Origin: Welwitschia mirabilis | Lineage: Eukaryota | Assembly (NCBI GenBank): GCA_051453625.1 | Contig: JBOZIK010000001.1 | Span: 24,976,994-24,996,993, forward strand | DNA: 20,000 nt | Direction of reading: 5' to 3' | Shown here: positions 13,124 to 20,000 of the stretch, in pieces | Position numbering within the stretch: the stretch's first letter is position 1 | Layout: the number at the start of each line of letters is the position of its first letter | Program-made: the position numbers and the translations under genes | Notes under the pieces: generated by a model | Seen by the model: the letters and a program-made list of their open reading frames with translations, nothing else | What the model was told of the DNA's origin: nothing | Databases searched by the model: none

Positions 13124-13210
13124 CTAGAACATTTCAAATGGAAAGAAACAACAAATGAATGAATAAATAGTTTGATGTAAATCCTATTAATTAAAATTCT
13201 AAAAACAAAC

Positions 13211-13405
13211 CTTATAATCGAACTTGGTTTCTTCCTTGATATATTCTTTAGTAAATTCTAGTAATTCAAGCAATTGTTCATTTGAAATTCTATCCAAAGA
13301 AGGGCCAAGATCAGAGGAATCTTGAAGAGAAGGTAGGTTTTTATGGCTTTCGAAAGAAGAGGATAAAGAAAAATGAGTCCTATTATTCTTTCTAACTAAT
13401 GCCAT
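13211..13405 (-). pseudogene. Kinesin-14 fragment exon 1 (ATG to KFDYK)
   Basis: This is the ORF-track entry 13199..13405. It ends at the donor AAG|GTTTGT after 65 codons: MALVRKNNR...LEFTKEYIKEETKFDYK. Confidence 0.8.
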
Positions 13406-14919
13406 AACATAGATGATCCAAATTAACCACTTTCATTCCTAATCTTCATGCTTGACTTGACCTCATATTCCATTAATTAAAAAAAAAGCTTTAGTTTAAC
13501 TTTAACCACTTTTCAAAGTTGTTCAAAATATTATGAATGAATGATAATGCGCAAACCTATAATACTAGTTGAAAAACAAACTAAGATAATGCCTAACCAT
13601 TAGTGAATAGTGAGATGCATGCCTTCCAAAAGCGCACCCTAATCTACTTTGTCACGCACTTAGTAATCACATTAATAAAACCAAGATATAATGGNNNNNN
13701 NNNNNNNNNNNNNNNNNNNNNNNNNNNNNNNNNNNNNNNNNNNNNNNNNNNNNNNNNNNNNNNNNNNNNNNNNNNNNNNNNNNNNNNNNNNNNNNNNNNN
13801 NNNNNNNNNNNNNNNNNNNNNNNNNNNNNNNNNNNNNNNNNNNNNNNNNNNNNNNNNNNNNNNNNNNNNNNNNNNNNNNNNNNNNNNNNNNNNNNNNNNN
13901 NNNNNNNNNNNNNNNNNNNNNNNNNNNNNNNNNNNNNNNNNNNNNNNNNNNNNNNNNNNNNNNNNNNNNNNNNNNNNNNNNNNNNNNNNNNNNNNNNNNN
14001 NNNNNNNNNNNNNNNNNNNNNNNNNNNNNNNNNNNNNNNNNNNNNNNNNNNNNNNNNNNNNNNNNNNNNNNNNNNNNNNNNNNNNNNNNNNNNNNNNNNN
14101 NNNNNNNNNNNNNNNNNNNNNNNNNNNNNNNNNNNNNNNNNNNNNNNNNNNNNNNNNNNNNNNNNNNNNNNNNNNNNNNNNNNNNNNNNNNNNNNNNNNN
14201 NNNNNNNNNNNNNNNNNNNNNNNNNNNNNNNNNNNNNNNNNNNNNNNNNNNNNNNNNNNNNNNNNNNNNNNNNNNNNNNNNNNNNNNNNNNNNNNNNNNN
14301 NNNNNNNNNNNNNNNNNNNNNNNNNNNNNNNNNNNNNNNNNNNNNNNNNNNNNNNNNNNNNNNNNNNNNNNNNNNNNNNNNNNNNNNNNNNNNNNNNNNN
14401 NNNNNNNNNNNNNNNNNNNNNNNNNNNNNNNNNNNNNNNNNNNCTCCTAAAACATTAGAGAAAAAAATAATGATGCGGGAAATGAACTAATGTCTATGAA
14501 AGAAGGGGAAAAAAATCATTGTTAACCAAATGAAAATCATTTCCACACTTGATCCTCCCTTTTTTCTTCCTTTTCTATTCATTGAGAAAGTATCAAAGAG
14601 TAACCCACAGAAGAATAACGCCTTCATGAATCTCCATTTAACTTTAAAAAGCACTATATTTTTAAAGCTGTGGTACTTAGTGAAAATCTTTTATTTAAAG
14701 ATACCATTTGAAAGATTAGTGAAAGAATGAATTCATATAAGATGAGGAGAAAGGTGAAACCCTTGTAACAACCAAAGCATGAAATCAGATAAAAGGTCCA
14801 AACCACATATTGAAAAAAGGAAGGCACTGGGGCAGGAATTCTCAAACTTTTTTGCATTTTAGTAAAACAAAATGCATGATTCTCATCATTTTAGCATTAT
14901 TTTAGTGTTTTTTAAACCT

Positions 14920-15116
14920 ATATTTTAAGGTTTTTGTTTTTTAAATGCCTTAAAAAAATCATATACATGCCTTACTTTTAAGGTTTTTTTCATAAACACC
15001 TTAGAAATAATTGTAAAAAAACTTTTAAGGTGTTTATTTATAAAATTACCTTAAAAAGGTTATTATTTTTTAAGGTATTTTTTAAAATAAATTCTTTAAA
15101 AAGTCATATTGTTGTG
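14920..15116. repeat. Right CACTA subterminal repeat array and disrupted TIR
   Basis: Same motif family as the left end: ttttaaggttttt, aaatgccttaaaa, aaacaccttagaa, ttttaaggtgttt, attaccttaaaaa, ttttaaggtattt. It ends in aagtcatatt, matching the inner part of the left TIR. Confidence 0.8.
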
Positions 15117-16197
15117 CTATCAACTTAGGCATATTTAATAGGGTATTATGAGTGGTTTTGTAGATTAATAGATAAGTAAATGCTTGATTTCCATAATAAT
15201 GGAGAGCTAAAGTGAAAAGAGATAAAAACATGCAATCTCCATGATGATTTAAATAATTTTAAGCAATTCTAAATACTTTACATTTCTGAGACAACTTCCT
15301 ATAAAACATTAAGGCTAATGCACTAATTGAAGATTTGCCAAAGGCCATCGTCTACCTCATGTCTAGATGACTAAGAAAATTGTACCAAGAGGGATGTTGA
15401 CTGTAATCAACCTGGCAACTAATGTGGATTAATTATGAGATGGCATTATCTCCTCTATCATCTAGACAACTAGTCAAATAATACTATTATAATGTCTTCA
15501 CTGAAATTCACCTGACTTATTCCACATGTGTTTATTTCTTCTTGCAAGACTGTTACAGTTTTACTCGTAACTTTCTGTCTATTTTCTTGTGTACTCATGT
15601 ATCAATAAATAGTGATCTCATCCTTAACTCTTTCTTATCTTTGTTTGCACCTAAAATTCTTATGACAGGAGATTAAAGGGTTGGAGATCCATCCTTGTAG
15701 TTGTAGAAAGACATTATCCTTGGTGTTATGTAGTGTTTCCTCCATTAAGATGCAGCTAATTTGTAACATAAATGTGGTTCACAATTTTATATAAAGCATT
15801 TTCTTTTATAATTTCAATGCATATTTGTTCTGCCCCCTCATAGCGTATGTTGCTTTTAATCTAGTGATGGTTTATTTAGTATTATAGGTTATGATGGTAA
15901 CCTTTACTAACATTTTGTATGGTTAGTTTAGGTTAGGTGCATTATTATTTTGTATTCCTAGATTAGCTTTGCATGAGTGTGTTATATTTACTTTCATGCA
16001 TTGCAAGTTATTTCTATAGTTAGAGTACAAGTATTTCTTTGTAGAAATTAACTCTCTTATTTTCTAACTTGGTCTTCAATGGATTATGACATTCAGATCA
16101 CTCTCATTTATATTAGTATGTTGTGTTTATGAATTATATTTGTAATTAATAGGATTCTAATCAGGATGTAATGTTTTATAAATACACATTATGAAAT
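15110..16197 (+). repeat. 5' LTR (~1.09 kb) of the Athila-like element
   Basis: Starts TGTTGTG and ends a few nt before the PBS. Its last ~350 bp recur inverted at 19648-20000, and that homology stops at the inferred LTR end. The terminus of the inverted copy (TATTGCG) resembles the 5' start (TGTTGTG). Boundaries are good to a few nt. Confidence 0.7.
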
Positions 16198-16199
16198 AT

Positions 16200-16217
16200 T
16201 GGCATCATTACCAAAGA
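16200..16217 (+). promoter_or_regulatory. Decayed primer-binding site complementary to tRNA-Asp (Athila type)
   Basis: TGGCATCATTACCAAAGA versus canonical TGGCGCCGTTGCCGGGGA. All seven differences are G>A or C>T transitions, and it sits between the LTR end and gag. Confidence 0.75.
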
Positions 16218-16644
16218 AGGCTGCTTAAAGTTTGGATGCTTGCCTACAACAATGGTGTACTATTATCTACAGTAGCATATGTTTCTATTTTTTACATCTT
16301 CAATTTTCTATTTTTCAAATAAAAGTTTTTATTCTATTCTACAATAAAAAATTAGTTGTCCACTTCATCATGTAGAGGATGTGTAGTGATGATGGCCTCT
16401 GTGCTGTGATTTTTCTATTTCTGTTTCTGTTAAAAATTTTTAGGGTTTTTTTCATCATCCCTTCTATTATTTATATGACTCAGTTGGATGACTATCTGCT
16501 TTTAGACTTTTTTGTATTTATTAGTCTTTTGTTTTTATTTTCTACTTTTTCTTTTCTTTTTTGTGGTTTTTGTATTTCTTTCATCTAAACTATCGTCTAG
16601 ACGAGTGTAAGGATGATACTCTATGCATTTGAAATTAAGCATAT

Positions 16645-17874
16645 ATGGTAAAATCTAGTAAGAAAGAAAAATACTAGAGAGAGTGGTTGTTTATTGAAAA
16701 AAATATCCAAGAAGATTTGATAGGCCTAGAAACTGACTCAGGTAAACATAGCAAATGTACATAAGATTTAGAATTTCTTGCAATATCTACTTTCATTTCT
16801 GTAAAGTCTGATTTTACTAAAGAAAATGTTTTAGATGATTATTTAGATGAGAGTTTCTCTTTTTCAATCATGTTTACCTCATCCTAAATGCAAAAGCAAC
16901 CTACCTTACTAAATCCACCCCTTGTCATTGGAACTCCTACAATCACTCCTATTTATACCAATGTCTATGTCATCCTTAGAGATCTCATAGGAAATAAGAA
17001 ATGTGAAATCCAAACCCCATTTGACTTACCTCTTGGTGATAATATTGAACTATGAAACTTAAATGCATATCCTACTTTTAGTGGTGAACTCGATGAACAT
17101 CCCTTGTAATATATTATCAATATAAAACAATTAGTCCTTACTTCTAGAAATAGTAAAAAACACATAAGTGTAGAACCTACATGGTTATCTTTCCCATCAC
17201 TTTTAAAGATAAGGCTAAACTATGGCTAAGAACAATTCCCTACAAAAGCTTAAAATCTTAGAGTCAAGATATGGAAGCCTTTATCAAAGATTTATGACTG
17301 AAACCACCACCTAAAAATGTAAGAAAGAAATCATTAACTTCCAATAAATTCCTAATAAAGACTATGCCTCTGCCTATGAGAGATTCTTTGTTGCTTTACA
17401 TTCAAATCTTGTAGATGCCTTTTCATAAATAGAACTAGTAGACTATTTTTATAGTGGATTAAATAGACACATAAAGTAACTTGTAGATTTTTTATGTGGA
17501 GGTAACTTATTAAACCAAACCTTAGAAGACACTTAAAAAGTGCTAAAAAACTTAGTAGAAGTGAGTCAAACATGGCCTAAACCCTCATCTAGTGAAAACT
17601 AAATAGTAAGCCAAATCATTAAATATCTAAAAGAGGTAAAACATGTGAAAAATGAAATAAGAGATGAAAATGAGCCAAGTAGTGTCATAAATAACTTAAA
17701 TTAACCTTGGAAAAATACATCTAAATAATTCTAGATGCTAAGGTATCAACCAAGAAGAATGAAGTTGCAGCTTCTGCTTGTAATTTATGTGAGGATAGTT
17801 ATCATGTTACCAAAGAATGTCCTTTGCTTCCAACTTATAAAGAAAGAATTTATAAGGAAGTATGTGATTTCAAT
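16645..17874 (+). pseudogene. gag: Gag pseudogene, copy 1 (Retrotrans_gag-like, intact CX2CX4HX4C knuckle)
   Basis: Frame from ATG 16645 with stops and frameshifts, including YPTFSGELDEHP and FPSLLKDKAKLWLR. CNLCEDSYHVTKEC lies at 17779-17820. Truncated by the gap. Confidence 0.8.
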
Positions 17875-17974
17875 NNNNNNNNNNNNNNNNNNNNNNNNNN
17901 NNNNNNNNNNNNNNNNNNNNNNNNNNNNNNNNNNNNNNNNNNNNNNNNNNNNNNNNNNNNNNNNNNNNNNNNNN

Positions 17975-19640
17975 CTTGTTATTGAAATCCCTACAATAAC
18001 TCCTACTTGTACTAGTGCCCATGTTACCCTTAGAGATTTCATAGCAAATAAGAAACATGAAATCCAAACTTCATTTGATTTACTTCTTGGTAATGATGTT
18101 GAACTATGTAACCTAAATGCATATCCTACTTTTGGTGGTAAACCTGATGAAGATACCTTTCAATACATTATTAAGATAGATCAGGTGGTTCTCACTTCTA
18201 AAAGTTGTAAAAAATGCATAAGTGATAGAACTTACATGGTCATCTTCCCCATTACTTTAAAAGATAAAGAAAAATTATGGCTTAGAATGATTCCCCACAA
18301 AAGTTTCAAATTTTGAAGTCAAGTTTAGGAAGCCTTTATCAAGAGATTTAGAGTGAAACCACCATCCGAAAATGTAAAAAAGAAGTAATCAAATTCTAAT
18401 AAATTCCTAATGAAGACTATGTCTCTGCTTATGAGAGATTCTTTATTTCTTTACATTCAAATCTTATAGTTGCATTTTCATAGATAGAACTTATTGACTA
18501 CTGTTATAGTGGATTAAATAATCACATAAAATAACTTTTAGATTTTTCATATGGAGGTAATATATTAAACCAAACCTTATATGATGCTTGAAAAATGTTA
18601 AAAGACTTGATAGAAGTGAGTCAAACATGACCTAAACCCTCACCTAGAGAAAATCAAACAGTAGGACAAATCATTAAAGATCTAAAGGAGGTAAAACATA
18701 AGAAAAATAAAAGAAGAACTAAAAATAAACCAACTAATATCATAAAGGATTTTACTTCAATCTTAAAAAAATACATACAAATGATTCTTGATATTAAAAT
18801 AACAATCAAGAAGAGTGAATTTGTAGTTCCTACCTATGATTTATGTGAAGATAGTTATCATGTTACTAAAGAATGTCCTTTGCTTCCAACTTATAAAGAA
18901 AGAATTTATAAGGAAGTATGTGATTTCAATAAGAGGTCCTCAAATTACAATCAAAACCAAAATAAAAAACAAGTTTAAAGCCATAACAACTTTCAACTTA
19001 GGATGAGTGAACAACCCAACTTCAAAAATTATCAAATAAACCATTCTAACTTTCAACCTTTTCAGAAAACATTTAAGAATATGAACTTTTAATCTAACAA
19101 CTAAAACAACAAAGCAAGATCATCCAACTCCCAAAACCAAAGTGATCCTCTTAGAAATTTTATTGAAAAGTTGAGAAAATCATAAAAAAAGATAAACTTA
19201 AATATTAAAAAGACAAACACCAACATTAAAGACCTTGAGAGTATTTTACAATAAACTATGCTTGCTAACCAAAGACCACATGGATCTCTTGCCACTCAAT
19301 CTTTATCAAATCCAAATAAAGTTAGAAAGATTATAAGGTAGTGATAAGAAGTGGAAATGACATAACTCCTTCCACTCATGAGGCTTTAATATTATAAAGT
19401 AACAAAAATAATGAAGAAGAGGACATAGGAATCTTAAAAAACCATTGTTTCCTTTCTTATTAAGTAACAAAAAGAAAAACGCTTCTCATAAGAAACCTAC
19501 TACCGCATGGCTTGATAGGCTTAACACAAATCCTATTTTTAATGATCATTTAAAATCCTTAATGTAAAATGTGAGTGTTAAATTTCCGTTTTGGAAAATT
19601 TTGCAAGAAAAAACAAAGTATTTAAAGATATGGAAAGAAT
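17975..19640 (+). pseudogene. gag: Gag pseudogene, copy 2, continuing toward the protease region
   Basis: YPTFGGKPDEDTFQYI...FPITLKDKEKLWLRMIPHKSF...EAFIKRF. The knuckle is decayed to YDLCEDSYHVTKEC (18835-18876), followed by an N/Q-rich tract and LANQRPHGSLATQSLSNP (~19261-19315). Covers ORF-track pieces 17735..18316 and 18781..18978. Confidence 0.82.
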
Positions 19641-19647
19641 TGATTAT

Positions 19648-20000
19648 TATTGCGATGCATATTTATGCAACATTCACATCCTAATCTGAATCTTATTAAT
19701 CACAAATAATATGCACAAACACAACAAACTAGTATAGATGGGAGTGATCCGAATGTTATAATCTGTCGAAGACCAAAGTATGAAAATAAAAGAGTTACTT
19801 TCAAGAGAAGATTATGTAACCCTAACCTACTAAAATAAATTGTAATGCATGGAATTGAAATAAAACATACTTATGTAGAACTAATCTAGGAAAGGAAATA
19901 ATAATGCACTTAAACTAATTAAGCTCAACCTTGACAAAAGATGCCTTATAATCTATATCAGAAAAGAAGCTTGTCACCAAATCTTAGATAACATAAACTA
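19648..20000 (-). mobile_element. Inverted LTR (3' end) of a second, same-family Athila-like element nested in gag-pol; runs off the window
   Basis: Colinear with the reverse complement of ~15841-16197. Examples: gggagtgatccgaatgttataatctgtcgaagaccaa vs gagagtgatctgaatgtcataatccattgaagaccaa, and ctaatctaggaaaggaaataataatgcac vs ctaatctaggaatacaaaataataatgcac. Confidence 0.85.

Larger units (their letters stand above)
10798..13405 (-). pseudogene. KIN14: Kinesin-14 (ATK1/KATA/KIN-14C-like) 5' gene fragment: tail and coiled coil, five exons, no motor domain, nine in-frame stops
   Basis: Exons 13405-13211, 13123-12937, 12848-12739, 11209-11090 and 10998-10798 join through GT-AG introns (87, 88, 1529, 91 bp) into one 271-codon frame. 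Translation includes EFTKEY..KFDYK, MIEYIKKL*LCIWYFQK*TKSHV, KEKFNAEVLELKNNYSTLQERL, KERNAQ*SIERVEA*LTEE and VDSLQDINRRLQEYNTNL**YNNKL*. These are colinear with recalled plant kinesin-14 motifs (DFTKDE..KFDTK, IKRLKVCVKWFQ..THV, SLEDMYKRLQEYNTSLQQYNSKLQ). Confidence 0.9.
5045..15116 (-). mobile_element. Non-autonomous CACTA (En/Spm) DNA transposon carrying host gene fragments (Pack-CACTA-like)
   Basis: The left end reads CACTACAAGAAATATGGGATTTTAAGG from 5045. The right end, CTTTAAAAAGTCATATTGTTGTG (15094-15116), partly matches the expected reverse complement CCTTAAAATCCCATATTTCTTGTAGTG. Both ends carry the same subterminal motifs: TTTTAAGGTGTTT at 5064-5076 and 15023-15035, AAATGCCTTAAAA at 5127-5139 and 14943-14955. 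No TnpD/TnpA homology was recognised, though internal gaps could hide it. The 3-bp TSD is not confirmed (left flank GTT, right end disrupted). Strand is taken from the orientation of the internal exons. Confidence 0.8.
3567..17974. other. Assembly gaps: 3567-3795, 4511-4588, 5297-5338, 5859-6229, 7671-7770, 13695-14443, 17875-17974
   Basis: Runs of N. Two are exactly 100 N, a common placeholder for unknown gap size. The coordinates given span the first to the last gap. Confidence 0.99.
15110..19647 (+). mobile_element. Degenerate Athila-lineage Ty3/Gypsy LTR retrotransposon, 5' portion (LTR-PBS-leader-gag)
   Basis: TG-starting LTR, a decayed tRNA-Asp PBS at 16200, a T-rich leader, Retrotrans_gag-like and CCHC-containing pseudo-ORFs, and an RPHGSLATQSLSNP...IRSG segment resembling the Athila gag-protease linker. 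It may be two elements joined across the 17875-17974 gap. Confidence 0.8.

Noticed and set aside
3539-14490. Long ORF-track entries at 3539, 5829, 5846, 13603 and 13691
   Set aside because: They consist almost entirely of X translated from N-gaps and are artefacts.
5361-14920. CACTA transposase (TnpD/TnpA) coding sequence
   Set aside because: No Transposase_21 or TnpA-like motifs were recognised by eye. It cannot be fully excluded because of the internal gaps.
16379-19295. Hydrophobic or antisense small ORFs (16379, 16965, 17352, 17785, 19101)
   Set aside because: They are by-products of the T-rich retroelement leader or antisense shadows of decayed gag.

Overview
AT-rich, CpG-poor plant nuclear DNA from a draft assembly with seven N-gaps. 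I see no intact gene and no RNA gene. A ~10 kb non-autonomous CACTA (En/Spm) element runs from 5045 to ~15110, with a CACTACAAGAAA terminus and matching subterminal repeat arrays at both ends. No transposase is visible inside it. Instead it holds five spliceable minus-strand exons (13405->10798) for the N-terminal tail and coiled coil of an ATK1/KATA-type kinesin-14, without the motor domain and broken by nine stop codons, plus further unidentified exon-like pieces (Pack-CACTA-like gene capture). An Athila-type Ty3/Gypsy retrotransposon begins at or inside the right CACTA terminus: a ~1.1 kb LTR, a decayed tRNA-Asp PBS and two diverged gag pseudo-copies either side of a gap. Its gag-pol is interrupted at ~19648 by an inverted LTR of the same family. 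Bases 1-5044 are decayed sequence with only weak retroelement signals. All homology calls come from manual translation and recalled protein sequences, not database searches.
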